DNA of 64,000 nucleotides from Rhodospirillales bacterium (GTDB lineage: Bacteria > Pseudomonadota > Alphaproteobacteria > Bin95). Both the position numbers and the translations under genes were made by a program. Positions 43,265 through 53,995 of this stretch are shown one piece after another. Position 1 is the first letter of the stretch. The number at the start of each line of letters is the position of its first letter. The notes under the pieces were generated by a model. That model was given only the letters and a program-made list of their open reading frames with translations. It was not told the origin of the DNA and searched no databases. The stretch covers positions 2,464,894 to 2,528,893 of the forward strand of contig JAYQLI010000035.1 in NCBI GenBank assembly GCA_038143065.1, in the 5' to 3' direction.

Positions 43265-44119
43265 TTATTCAGCTACTACTGGGTTGCTCAGTACACCTAC
43301 TTGCTCAACTTCGATATCTACTGTGTCTCCTGGAACCATGAACCGAGGGGGGGTGCTGGCATATCCTACGCCCTCAGGAGTACCAGTAACTACGATATCC
43401 CCTGCTTCGAGGGTCATGACTTCGGTTAAGTGCCATATCAGTTTTGCAATCGGAAAAATAAGGTCCCGTGTATTTGCGTTTTGCATCGTTTCGCCTGAGA
43501 CGCGGGTTTGCAATTGTAAGCCAACACCACCCGGTGTTACTTCGTCTGCAGTTACGATATCTGGCCCAAAAGCTCCGGTGCCATCAAAATTTTTCCCCAT
43601 GGTCCATTGACTGGCCTTGCGTTGATAATCGCGCACGCTCCCGTCGTTGAAGAGGGACCAGCCGTAAATCATATCGAGTGCATCAGACTCGGCAACATGA
43701 CGGCCTGTCTTCGCTATTACCATTACCAGCTCGCCTTCAAAATCAAATTTGTCGGAGGCTTTAGGAAGAACAAGAGGGTCTCCGTGAGCGATAAGCGAGG
43801 AAGGAAACCGGACAAACACCTCAGGGTAGGTTGGTGGAGCAGCTCCACCCTCGGCGGCATGCGCTGCGTAATTGCGACCAATACACAGAATTTTGCCGGG
43901 GCGCGGAATGGGAGGAAGAAGTTTTACAGAAGATAAGGGGCGAGCTTGAGCGCTAGCAGCTGCAGTCTTAAGTGCTTCCTTGGCCGCTGACCCTCCTTTA
44001 ATTACCCCAATCATATCCCCGCCAAAGGCCTCACTGGCTTTAGTGACGTCAAAAACATCTTCTCCAACACGGACACCAATTTTTTCAACGCCGTCTTCTA
44101 CAAACGTCACTAACCGCAT
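43265..44119 (-). CDS. Fumarylacetoacetate hydrolase family protein
   Basis: CIGRNY..H, DFEGEL, NDGSVRD, GKNFD, TGTPEGVG. Confidence 0.93.
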   Translation of the reverse strand: MRLVTFVEDGVEKIGVRVGEDVFDVTKASEAFGGDMIGVIKGGSAAKEALKTAAASAQARPLSSVKLLPPIPRPGKILCIGRNYAAHAAEGGAAPPTYPEVFVRFPSSLIAHGDPLVLPKASDKFDFEGELVMVIAKTGRHVAESDALDMIYGWSLFNDGSVRDYQRKASQWTMGKNFDGTGAFGPDIVTADEVTPGGVGLQLQTRVSGETMQNANTRDLIFPIAKLIWHLTEVMTLEAGDIVVTGTPEGVGYASTPPRFMVPGDTVDIEVEQVGVLSNPVVAE

Positions 44120-44316
44120 GTTTCATCCTCATAAAAAGGTAAAAGTTTCACTTCAGTTCAAATAACCTAACGCATGGAACAATACTACACTGCAAGAGTT
44201 TATATCTTGAGTTGGTTGATCAGAATAATCAGATCTTATTTTCGGATCTCTCAGGCTAAGACAAGTTCAAAATTGAAGTGTGTCCTCAATAATTGAGGCC
44301 TTCAAATAATCCACCA

Positions 44317-45486
44317 TTACACTCGGTTACGATTTTGTTGGTTTTGATCCCATATCAAGTCAGGCCCAATGTCGGCTATGTTGCGGCAACCTACCTGGCT
44401 CATAATTTTGTTCATTTCGTCTTCAACTATGGCCACTGCTTTTGATGCTCCTTTATCCCCACCGGCTACAGCTCCGTAAAGCATTGGTCTCCCCATGAAG
44501 ATGAATTTTGCTCCTGATGCTAAGGAAGTCACGACATCCGATCCTCTGCGTATGCCGCCATACAGCAACAAGGTCATTTTGTCTCCGACCGCGGCATCTA
44601 TTGGTCCCAGAGCATCTAATGAAGCAGGAGCACGATCAAGTTGGCGTTCTACATGGTTGGAAACAATCAGGCCGTCTACGCCAAGAGCAGCAGCTCGCTC
44701 GGCTTCATCAGCGCGAATAACACCTTTAAGGACTAATGCACGAGGCCATAACTTTCGGATGCGCTCTATATCTTTCCATTCAATACTATTCGGCAGCTGG
44801 CTTGCTACAAACTCAGCAACACCCGGTGCATCTGTTCCTGGTGGGGCATATGCTTGCCAGTTTGGTAACATAGCAATCCCGTGTTGGAGATAGTCCAGCA
44901 TCCATGCAGGCTTAGTTAAAGCATTTAACTTGGTGGCTAGCGTCAGTTTCAATGGACGGCCAAAGCCATTGCGACGGTTACGTTCCCGGTTTGGAGACAC
45001 GGGTACGTCTACTGTCACAACTAAGACAGGCATACCTAAATCAGCGGCGCGCTTCACCTGGTCATCTGCGATACTTCGATCTTTTGCAGTATAAAGCTGA
45101 TACCAACCGTGATCTGGTGCTTCTCGAGCGACATCCTCCATCGCAGCTGTTGCCGCACCCGAGAGAATGAAAGGGATATTTGCATTTCTTGCGGCGCGGG
45201 CCAGCATTAAATCTCCACCTCGCCGATAGTTGCCAATTCCACCCATCGGTGAGATGCCAAAAGGACTTGAATAGGTTTTGCCAAAGATAGTTGTTGACCG
45301 GTCGATTGGCGCATCTCCGGCCATGTACTTAGGCATCAAACTACGATGGGAGAATGCGTCTTCATTTCGAGCTAAGCCACTTTCGTCATCTACTCCACCT
45401 TCGATGAAATCATAAATTAGCTTGGGTACTCTGCGTTTGGCGATATTACGCAGGTCATCTAGATTTATGCAGTCGTCTATATTCAT
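44317..45486 (-). CDS. FMN-dependent alpha-hydroxy acid dehydrogenase/oxidase (LldD/MdlB-like) with deviant motifs
   Basis: GGVDDE, WYQLY, TVD, LKG, SNHVERQLD, GRP.LY. Confidence 0.88.
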   Translation of the reverse strand: MNIDDCINLDDLRNIAKRRVPKLIYDFIEGGVDDESGLARNEDAFSHRSLMPKYMAGDAPIDRSTTIFGKTYSSPFGISPMGGIGNYRRGGDLMLARAARNANIPFILSGAATAAMEDVAREAPDHGWYQLYTAKDRSIADDQVKRAADLGMPVLVVTVDVPVSPNRERNRRNGFGRPLKLTLATKLNALTKPAWMLDYLQHGIAMLPNWQAYAPPGTDAPGVAEFVASQLPNSIEWKDIERIRKLWPRALVLKGVIRADEAERAAALGVDGLIVSNHVERQLDRAPASLDALGPIDAAVGDKMTLLLYGGIRRGSDVVTSLASGAKFIFMGRPMLYGAVAGGDKGASKAVAIVEDEMNKIMSQVGCRNIADIGPDLIWDQNQQNRNRV

Positions 45487-45571
45487 CGTGAATATCCAGG
45501 AAATTTTATATCATACGAAAGTTAGCTTAGAATTTACCTGTTTCCTTGCAAATGGTTTCAAAGAGTGCGCT

Positions 45572-46503
45572 ATGACAATTCTGTTTGTTTCAGATCCCAT
45601 AGTCGGGGGTGAAGAGGGTTGGCGAAAAGCCATGGCAGAACGTTTGCCAGACATACCTTTTAAGCTTTCAACAGAGATTTATGACAAGGAAGCGATCGAG
45701 TTTGTTCTTTGCTTCAGAGCACAGCCAGGCCTTTTTGCGGGAATGAAAAACCTAAAAGCAATTTTGGCAACTGGAGCAGGGGTGGATGGCCTGTTTCTTG
45801 ACCCAGATTTGCCAGATGTCCCAATCGCTAGAATTGTAGATCCTTGGATGGCAGATCAGATGGCGGCGTGGACTACTTATGCCGTACTGCATTTTTTCCG
45901 GAGATTTGGAGATTACCATAAGCAACAAATTTCGGCTGAATGGCGCGAGCTTGAGCCTCCGCAATCGGCTCCTCCACGGGTGGGTTTTTAGGGTATGGCG
46001 CAATTGGGTCTACCGTAGGCAAGGCCTTAGGCAATTTTGGTTTCGAAGTCTCGGCTTGGACACGCGGCTCTCGCGAGCTTCCTGGGATTTCCCATTATCA
46101 TGGCATGGAGGCCCTTCCTAACTTCATGGCGAAAGCAAATTTTCTTGCTTGCCTTATGCCTCTAACGCTCGAAACCAAGGGTTTCTTGAACAAGGAACGT
46201 CTCGGACTACTCCCTAACCCTGCCTACCTAATCAACCTTGCTAGAGGGCAGGTTGCAATTACTGAAGATATCATTTCTGCGCTCCAATGCGGTAGGCTTG
46301 CAGGCGCTTTTCTAGACGTAACAGACCCGGAACCGCTACCTGCGGACTCACCACTCTGGTCTATGGATAATGTCAGAATTACGCCTCATTGTTCTGGCCC
46401 TACCAATCCTGAAACAGCTGCAGATCAGGTTGCGGGTAATATTCTGCGCACTTTGAAGGGGGATCGGTTGGAAAATTTGATCCGTCGAGAACTTGGTTAC
46501 TAA
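45572..46503 (+). CDS. Glyoxylate/hydroxypyruvate reductase A-like 2-hydroxyacid dehydrogenase (indel near 45988)
   Basis: GAGVD, GYGAIG after repair, NLARG, LDV..PEPLP, TPH. Confidence 0.87.
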
Positions 46504-46994
46504 AGAAGTCTTTGCCACCAGCCAACATCGTGCCAAGCATTAAATTTGCGGCCGACCTCCTTGAATGTTCCAGCGTGCGTAAATCCCACAGCTTCATGCA
46601 AAGTTATGCTTTTGGGATTGGGAAGGGTGATAGCTGCAAAGGCAGCATGAAACCCCTTTTGTTTGAGACGCGGTAGTAGCTTTGCGTAAAGTGAACGTCC
46701 AATACCTTTTCGTTGTTCATTTTGTGCAACATAAAGACTGACTTCAGTGGAAGGCTTATAAGCTTCCCTCGTCCGATACACAGATCCGTATGCATATCCA
46801 ACGACTTTATTATTACTGATTGCTACGAAATATAGGCGAGTGGAGCGATATTGTTCAATACGCCTGTACATCTCATCGACTGTAGGCACCTCTGTTTCAA
46901 AAGAAATTGGGGTTTCTTTTACAAAAGGGGCGTAGATTTCTCGGATGCTTTCAGCATCTCCGGAGCAAGCTTCTCGAAGATTGAAGACTGTCAT
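46500..46994 (-). CDS. GNAT N-acetyltransferase (phosphinothricin/MddA-like)
   Basis: ISFE..P, S.YV, QRKGIG, N..S..LH..GF, GRKF..WHDV. Confidence 0.9.
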   Translation of the reverse strand: MTVFNLREACSGDAESIREIYAPFVKETPISFETEVPTVDEMYRRIEQYRSTRLYFVAISNNKVVGYAYGSVYRTREAYKPSTEVSLYVAQNEQRKGIGRSLYAKLLPRLKQKGFHAAFAAITLPNPKSITLHEAVGFTHAGTFKEVGRKFNAWHDVGWWQRLL

Positions 46995-46998
46995 TGGC

Positions 46999-48245
46999 TT
47001 AGCGTGTTAACCGAGTTGCTAGAAAAATTAATAGAATGATTATTCCCGAAAGTAGCCAGAGAGCGGAGGCAAACCCCCCAGACATTTCGGAGATTGCTCC
47101 TAGGGCTAGTGGACCAGTTACGCCACCAATTTCGGCGGCGGAAAAAAATAATCCAGAAGCAGCTCCAGCGCGGCGTGCACCAATTTCAGGCATTTCAACT
47201 AAAATTAAAATGGCGACGGTCATAAGGGAAGAACGGGCTATACCTTGAAGAGTTAAGCCAGTTGCTAATCCAATTCCTGGTGAAAGATGCATCAAAACCG
47301 TTGCAGTCAAGGCAGATAGCAGGAGTGCCAGAAGAATAAAATATCGCCTTTCACGCTTGGCTAGTCTTGGAATTATAAGAGACCCAGCGACACCAACAGC
47401 CGTAGGTATCATCGCCCATAGATCAGCAGATGTTGGGGGTAGGCCTTTGTCTCTTAGGAGAGTAGGCAGCCAATTATTCAGGCCATGGTTTAGAAAGAAT
47501 ATGCCAACACTCATAATCAGCATAAGCTGAACTGTTGGAAGTCTGAGGAGTTCTTTCCAAACAAGCAGCTGTGGTTCGCGTGGCGCACTTCGGAGGCTTG
47601 CCTCCACACGACGTGCTTCCGCATGGGACGATATCAATAGCCAGATAGCGGTCGCAATGGCAGTTATGGCTGCATAAAATAGAAGAACTGCGCGCCAGTC
47701 ATGATCAAATAATGGCATTAAAAGGGGATTAGTAATTGCCAATGATGTGATGGCCCCAAGACTTGGCCCTGTGATGTATATGCCCATTGCAAACGCGCGA
47801 TCTTTGCTATCAAACCAAAGCGCAATTACCTTTGGGGCACCCACTGAAACCAGAGGCCCTCCAAGCCCAAAGACCGCAACAGCGACTAAAAATATGCCAT
47901 AAGTATCTGCAGATGCTCTGAAAATTCCAGATGCAGTTATCATCAAACCCGCAAAAAAAGAGTTTTTCTTGGGCCGATGCGGTCCATCGCGGCGCCGCCA
48001 GGTGCTGCAGAAATGATATAGACGAGTTGCCATGCTCCAAACACTACGCCCATTGCAGCGTGTCCGACCCCAAGGTCTTTGGTAATTGGCCCGACAAGAG
48101 GAGCAAGGGATGCTGAAGTAAGGCCAAAGCATAAATACAATAACCAAACAGCTCCGAGCATCATCCAGCGGTGTGGATGCCCTGCTGCAAGTGCTTCAAT
48201 AGAGTTGGTAGAACCGCGGGCCATAGATCGCTCTACCATTGCCAT
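46999..48245 (-). CDS. MFS transporter, CynX/NimT-like (indel near 47955)
   Basis: DRIGPR motif A, WF...R..A.G, WLPTLL; start uncertain. Confidence 0.85.
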
Positions 48246-48297
48246 CCAGTGCTTACGATAGGCAGGATGTCGCTCTTAAACTATTGTGAGGTCAAGC

Positions 48298-49076
48298 ATG
48301 AGTCGGATGGATGGTCGAAAAGCCGTTGTAACTGGAGCAGCTGGGGGAATTGGGAAGGCTATAGCGTCGTTGTATGCCCGCGAGGGCGCAAAAGTAGTTA
48401 TAGTAGATTTAAACCAAGAGGCGGCGGATGAGACCGCGCATGAGGTTGGTGCTGTTGCTGCTTTTGCCTGTGATGTAACTCAGATACAGTCCGTCGAGAA
48501 GATGTCCACGCAGGCAGTATTGGCTTTGGGAGAGGTGGATACGCTAGTCAATAATGCTGGAATACCAGGACGAGGTTTTCTTGTTGATATTGATGAAGCG
48601 CTGATTGATCGAGTGATCAGTGTAAATGTTAAAGGCGTAATTTTAGCTTCGAAAGCTTTTGCGCCACACCTCATTCAAGTTGGAAAAAGTGGCAGAGATG
48701 CTTCAATCATCAATATGTCTAGCCAGGCAGGTAAAAAGGTTGGCCGGAGCTAACAGTTTATTCTGCGTCTAAGGCAGCAGTACTAGGATTTTCCCGCGGA
48801 CTTGCAGTTGAATTGGGCCCTAATGTGCGCGTGAATTCTATTTGCCCTGGCTACATTAGTGCAGCAGGCATGTTTTGGAGAAATTGGAGTCAGGCAGGTG
48901 ATGAAGAGAAGACACCTGAGGAGAGGGGAGCAGAATTTGCTGCTAAACATTGGCCTCTTGCTCGCCTGCAGAGTCCTGAAGATGTAGCTAATGCAGCTTT
49001 ATTTCTTGCCTCTAGTGAGGCACAAGAAATTACCGGGCAAGCTATTAATGTCGCCGGCGGCGTAGTTATGGATTAA
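48298..49076 (+). CDS. SDR family oxidoreductase (indel near 48738)
   Basis: TGAAGGIG, NNAG, YSASK after repair, ITGQ.INV.GG. Confidence 0.87.
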
Positions 49077-49100
49077 TATCTTGGGAAAGAGGAGATCAAG

Positions 49101-49976
49101 ATGGCTTTAACCTTTAATGTTGGTGAAATGCGTGTCGATCGTGTGATTGAGCAAGAATTACCCGGTTTTGATCCATTCGAATTTTTTCCGAACCTCACCA
49201 AGGAGGAATTGGAAGAGCATCGCTCGATGTTAGAGCCAAATGCGCTAGATCCTGCAAGCGGATTGTTGGTGTTTACTATGCAGTCTTATGTGGTGCGAGT
49301 TGGCGGCCTCACAATTCTTATTGATAGCTGTATTGGAAATGATAAGGACCGACCAACACGTCCGCTTTGGCATATGAAAACTGACACAACGTACATGGAT
49401 GCGCTGAAGCGGGCAGGTCTAACTGTCAATGACATTGATATGGTCATGTGCACGCACTTGCACCCTGACCATGTTGGATGGAACACCAAGCTTGAAAATG
49501 GCCGTTGGGTGCCAACGTTTCCAAATGCAAAATATGTATTTTCTAAAATGGAGTTAGATTATTGGACGGAACAAAATGCCAAAAAACCAATTGGTCATTT
49601 TGTAGACTCGGTGTTGCCAATTGTAGAAGCGGGAAAAACTGAGCTTGTAACTAGTGACCACGAGTTAACCCATGGAGTTCAGTTGCTCCCAACACCCGGA
49701 CATACGCCGGACCACTATTCTGTCCGTCTATCATCGGGTGGCTCTGAGGCCATAGTCACTGGCGATTTGATCCACTCGCCACTGCAGTGTGTTTGTACTC
49801 ATCTGCATGCTCGTCCAGATGTCGATCCTGTCCAAGGTCTCGCGACCCGAAATGCAGTCATGGAGAAATATGCGGACACAGATACACTAATAGCAGCAAC
49901 ACACTTCCCATCGCCTTCTCTGGGGCAATTCATTCGGAATGGTGATGCTTTTGGTTATCGCTATCGTGAAGGTTGA
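49101..49976 (+). CDS. MBL-fold metallo-hydrolase
   Basis: THLHPDHVG, GHTP.H, GD..H; paralog of the 21288 gene. Confidence 0.9.
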   Translation: MALTFNVGEMRVDRVIEQELPGFDPFEFFPNLTKEELEEHRSMLEPNALDPASGLLVFTMQSYVVRVGGLTILIDSCIGNDKDRPTRPLWHMKTDTTYMDALKRAGLTVNDIDMVMCTHLHPDHVGWNTKLENGRWVPTFPNAKYVFSKMELDYWTEQNAKKPIGHFVDSVLPIVEAGKTELVTSDHELTHGVQLLPTPGHTPDHYSVRLSSGGSEAIVTGDLIHSPLQCVCTHLHARPDVDPVQGLATRNAVMEKYADTDTLIAATHFPSPSLGQFIRNGDAFGYRYREG

Positions 49977-49984
49977 GGTAGCCT

Positions 49985-51015
49985 ATGACCATTAAATATT
50001 CTGTCCTAGATCAATCTATAGCAGTTGCTGGTGAACCTCAGGGGCAAGCTATTCGAAATACTGTGGAGTTAGCTGGCTTCTGCGAACGGCTTGGCTATGA
50101 GCGTTTTTGGGTTTCTGAGCACCACAACCATCCAAGCATCCTAGGCTCTGCTCCAGAAGTCTTGCTGGCTGCAATTGCTATGAAAACGTCAAGAATACGG
50201 ATTGGCTCTGCCGGAGTGATGTTGCCGCACTATTCTCCATATAAGGTGGCAGAGCAATTTCGTGTCCTTGACGCACTTGCGCCAGGTCGTATTGATCTTG
50301 GTCTTGGGAGGGCTCCAGGCTCTGATGGCCGTACGGCGTTTGCTCTCAACCCCAATGCTAATGAACGTCCTAACCAGTTTCCTGCTGATGTTCGGGACCT
50401 AATGGCTTGGGTAACTGGTCAACCTCTTGTTGATGGACATCCATTCGGGGCTGTAAAAGCCTATCCTGCTGGAGATACATCACCGCAGATTTGGATGCTG
50501 GGCTCATCTGACTATGGGGCCCAAGTTGCTGCGCATTTTGGTTTGCCATACGCGTTTGCTTGGTTTTTCACTGATGGAAGAGGAGCAGATCAGGCTCTCA
50601 AGTTATACAAGCAGTTCTATCGACCTTCAGAGTTGTGGCCAGAACCAAATGCTACAATTTGTGTCTGGGCGCTAGCCGGGGATAGTAAGGCAGAAGCAGA
50701 ACGAAACTTTATGCCAAGAGCGAAATGGCGCCTGGCCAGAGACCGCGGCCAATTTATTTCTATGCAGACGCCTGAGGAAGTCTTAGCTGAGGGTTCAGTG
50801 AGAGTGATGAAATGCGCATCCACCCAATGCTAAGAGATGGTTATGTAGGAGAGGGTGCTGAAGTTGCTCAAAGGATAAAAGCTCTCGGTGCTGAACTCGG
50901 TGTGCAAGAGATTGCCATTGTCACCTGGGCTCATGAAGAATCTATTCGTCAGAGAAGTTATGAACTTTTGGCGCAGCATCTAGGAGTTTCAGAAGCTCAA
51001 GGTGTGGCGGCTTGA
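49985..51015 (+). CDS. LLM-class luciferase-like oxidoreductase (indel near 50790)
   Basis: SVLD, FWVSEHH, GSAGVMLP, DLGLGRAPG, LGSS. Confidence 0.88.
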
Positions 51016-51815
51016 CGTCGGAAACGGGTATTTACCTATTTGATGAGCCAGTTTCCGCGACTGGCAACATGAGAGTTCATTTTCACCGCGCATCCTCTTG
51101 GTCTAGCGATGGTCCAGTGCTGATTGTTCTTCATGGGTATAAGCGTAACGCGGATACTTATCTCTGCGACTGGAAATTAGAGGCTGAGCGCCTGAATGCA
51201 CTCCTTTTATGCCCAGAGTTTGACAAAGGGGGGTTCCCCACTCCACGGGAATATGAAGTTGGCCGGATGCGTACGCCTGATCGTCGCGCATTTCTCCCTT
51301 GTGAGGAATGGAATTGGGGTGCAATAGAGCGTGGCTTCGATGCAGCTTGTAAGAGGTTTGGTGTAAGCCAAGATAGTTATTGGCTTTACGGGCATTCAGC
51401 AGGAGGGCAATTTGTGCATCGCTTTGCACTTTACTGTCCAGAATCCCGTGCATCTCACATCATCGCTGCTAATGCTGGCGCGTATTCGGCTCTAGATGAC
51501 CAACGTTTCCCTTACGGAATAGGGCAAAATGGACCGGCTACAGATCTTCCAGCTTTTCTAAGCCGACGCATTACTGTGCTTTTGGGGCATAAAGACAGGA
51601 AAACTAAAGGAGGAGTTTTGTTAAGGTCGCCTGAGGCACTCGTACAAGGCCCTCATCGCCTAGCACGCGGGCGTTTCTTTTTTCAAAGTGGGAAGGCAAT
51701 GGCCGCAAAACTTGACGTGCCATTTAATTGGAGCTTGGTCGAGGCTCATGACATCGGCCATAGTAACCGCTTACTAGCACCTGTAGCAGCACATCTTTTT
51801 GCAGCCTCAGGTTAA
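51012..51815 (+). CDS. Alpha/beta hydrolase (esterase-like)
   Basis: LHG..RNA, GHSAGGQF, G.GHS. Confidence 0.8.
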   Translation: MTSETGIYLFDEPVSATGNMRVHFHRASSWSSDGPVLIVLHGYKRNADTYLCDWKLEAERLNALLLCPEFDKGGFPTPREYEVGRMRTPDRRAFLPCEEWNWGAIERGFDAACKRFGVSQDSYWLYGHSAGGQFVHRFALYCPESRASHIIAANAGAYSALDDQRFPYGIGQNGPATDLPAFLSRRITVLLGHKDRKTKGGVLLRSPEALVQGPHRLARGRFFFQSGKAMAAKLDVPFNWSLVEAHDIGHSNRLLAPVAAHLFAASG

Positions 51816-51898
51816 GTGATAGTTGCCAGGCGCTAAAGTTTCTTAGGTAGAAGTTTTCTGGAATTAATTCCTGGTGCTTGCTCTCTCAATCTTCAAAT

Positions 51899-53449
51899 TT
51901 AGCTACTGTTTTCTAATTCCAATTGGTCCAGCTCAGTTTTGAGTTGCTGCAAATCTACTTTGTTTACCCCAGTCATCGGAAGGGTATCTTTAACAAGAAT
52001 ACGTCGGGGGTGGGCATAAGCTGGCCCGTTTTTAAGCGTAAAATCTTTCAAGTCTTTCTCTGTCACTTCCAATTTATTGATTACTACAGCCGCAACCGGG
52101 CATGCACCTTTTGTTGGATGGTTGTGGGGCATTACTACTGCTTGGATCACTGCGGGATGTTTAAGGAGAATATTTTCTACTTCTTTGGGATAAATATTTT
52201 CACCACCGCAGACGAACATATCGTCAATCCGTCCTTCAAAATAGAAAAAGCCATTTTTGTCTTTTGAAAGTATGTCGCCCGTACGAAGCCAACCCTCGAC
52301 AAACCTTTCAGCATTCACCTTGGGAAGATTATGATAACCAGGCGAATTGGCAGGACTTTTGATCCAAAATTCGCCAATTTGATCGCTCTCTTTACCATCT
52401 GTTCCAACAAGTTTTACCTCCGTCCCAGGCATGATAGTTCCAACAGACGAGGGTGGCGTTGGTCTCCCGTCTAGAGGTGGTGACATACAGCCTCCAGCTG
52501 TTTCTGTCAGGCCGTACCCTTGGGCACTAGGACAGTTAAAAACACGTGCTATTTCGCTCATCAATTCCGCATGCGCTGGAGCAGATCCAAGTCGGGGCAT
52601 TTGAAGGGAAGAGAAGTCAAGTTGTTTGATTAAATCCTGCTGCTTCAGAAGCATGGAGAACATAGTTGGGACACCCCCAGCTTCTGTCACCTTCCAGTCA
52701 TGAATTGCTTGGAGATAATTACGGGCATCAAAATTTTTCATCAAAACTACTGAACCGCCCGCACTGATCTTTGTCTTCAAGCGAACGGTCATAGCATTTT
52801 TGTGATAAAGAGGCGCTGCTATCAGGCCGCGTTGATCAGGTTTTGCAGGCCAGTATTTTTGCCGAGTTTCAATCAGCCAAGTTGTATTTAGGTGTGTGAG
52901 TATGACGCCCTTAGGTCGGCCCGTTGAACCAGAAGTGTATGGGTGGAAGGCTGGAGCGTTAGGTGAAATTTCTATGGGCTCAAAATGGGTACTTGAGCTT
53001 TCGACAGATTTCCAAAAAGGCAACCAACCTTCTGGTTCCTCTCCAAAAGCAAATTTCAATGGAATATCTGCAGCTGCATCGGTGATGTGTGCGCCAGCAG
53101 CCGGTTCAATAATTGCCGCTTTAGCTCCGGAATCAGCGAAAATATAAGCTAGAACTTCTTTACTTTGTTTTAAATTTATAGGTACGGGAACCAAGCCGGC
53201 GCGCATTGCACCAAACATGGTCATTAAAAACTCTGCCCTATTGGATATAGCAAGACCAACTCTATCGCCCGTTTGCAGACCTGTATTTCGGAGCATTGAG
53301 GCAACGCGGTTCATTGCATCGTCTAGGTCTCGAAACGAATATTTCCTTGGTTCACCTTGGCTTATATCAATGAGAGCAGTTTTATCTGAATACTCGGCTG
53401 CAGCTCGCCAGAAAAACCATCCGAGTTGTCCGTCTCCTTGAAAATTCAT
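51899..53449 (-). CDS. Class I adenylate-forming enzyme (acyl-CoA ligase)
   Basis: YTSGSTGRPKG, GYGLTE, TGD, GGENIYP.EVE. Confidence 0.92.
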   Translation of the reverse strand: MNFQGDGQLGWFFWRAAAEYSDKTALIDISQGEPRKYSFRDLDDAMNRVASMLRNTGLQTGDRVGLAISNRAEFLMTMFGAMRAGLVPVPINLKQSKEVLAYIFADSGAKAAIIEPAAGAHITDAAADIPLKFAFGEEPEGWLPFWKSVESSSTHFEPIEISPNAPAFHPYTSGSTGRPKGVILTHLNTTWLIETRQKYWPAKPDQRGLIAAPLYHKNAMTVRLKTKISAGGSVVLMKNFDARNYLQAIHDWKVTEAGGVPTMFSMLLKQQDLIKQLDFSSLQMPRLGSAPAHAELMSEIARVFNCPSAQGYGLTETAGGCMSPPLDGRPTPPSSVGTIMPGTEVKLVGTDGKESDQIGEFWIKSPANSPGYHNLPKVNAERFVEGWLRTGDILSKDKNGFFYFEGRIDDMFVCGGENIYPKEVENILLKHPAVIQAVVMPHNHPTKGACPVAAVVINKLEVTEKDLKDFTLKNGPAYAHPRRILVKDTLPMTGVNKVDLQQLKTELDQLELENSS

Positions 53450-53527
53450 GATTTGTTTTCCTTGACCAGACCGCTGGGAGTTGTGTCTAACAAAGTAAAG
53501 TATGTGTCAGGTAGGAGCTTTGCACCA

Positions 53528-53986
53528 ATGTTACATTCATTAATGGTTACTCTGCATCTTGTTGCCGCTGTAATTTGGATTGGCGGTATGTTTTTTGCCT
53601 ACATGATAGTTCGTCCCGCAGTTGCTGCGCTTGAGCCTCCGGAGCCAGCGCGCTTTTGGGGTCGCATTTTTACGAAATTTTTCACATGGGTCTGGATCGC
53701 AATAATTGTTCTTCTAACAACTGGATACCAAATGTTGGTGTTTGAATATGGAGGCATCGGAGCTGCCCCTGTATATCTGCACGCGATGCAATTTTTAGGC
53801 TTAGTCATGATTGCACTATTCATGCATCTTTATTTTGCACCATGGCGCCGGATGAAGTTCGCGTTGAGGAACTCCGATTATCCAGAAGCAGCCAAGCAAA
53901 TACCCCAAATTCGCCGTATAGTGGCGATCAATCTTTCATTGGGTATTGCTAATGTAATTATTGGAGCTGGAGGGCGTTACTTCTAG
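53528..53986 (+). CDS. CopD-like integral membrane protein
   Basis: H...A.IWIGGMFF..VRP; four TM segments. Confidence 0.7.
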   Translation: MLHSLMVTLHLVAAVIWIGGMFFAYMIVRPAVAALEPPEPARFWGRIFTKFFTWVWIAIIVLLTTGYQMLVFEYGGIGAAPVYLHAMQFLGLVMIALFMHLYFAPWRRMKFALRNSDYPEAAKQIPQIRRIVAINLSLGIANVIIGAGGRYF

Positions 53987-53995
53987 ATCTAATTT

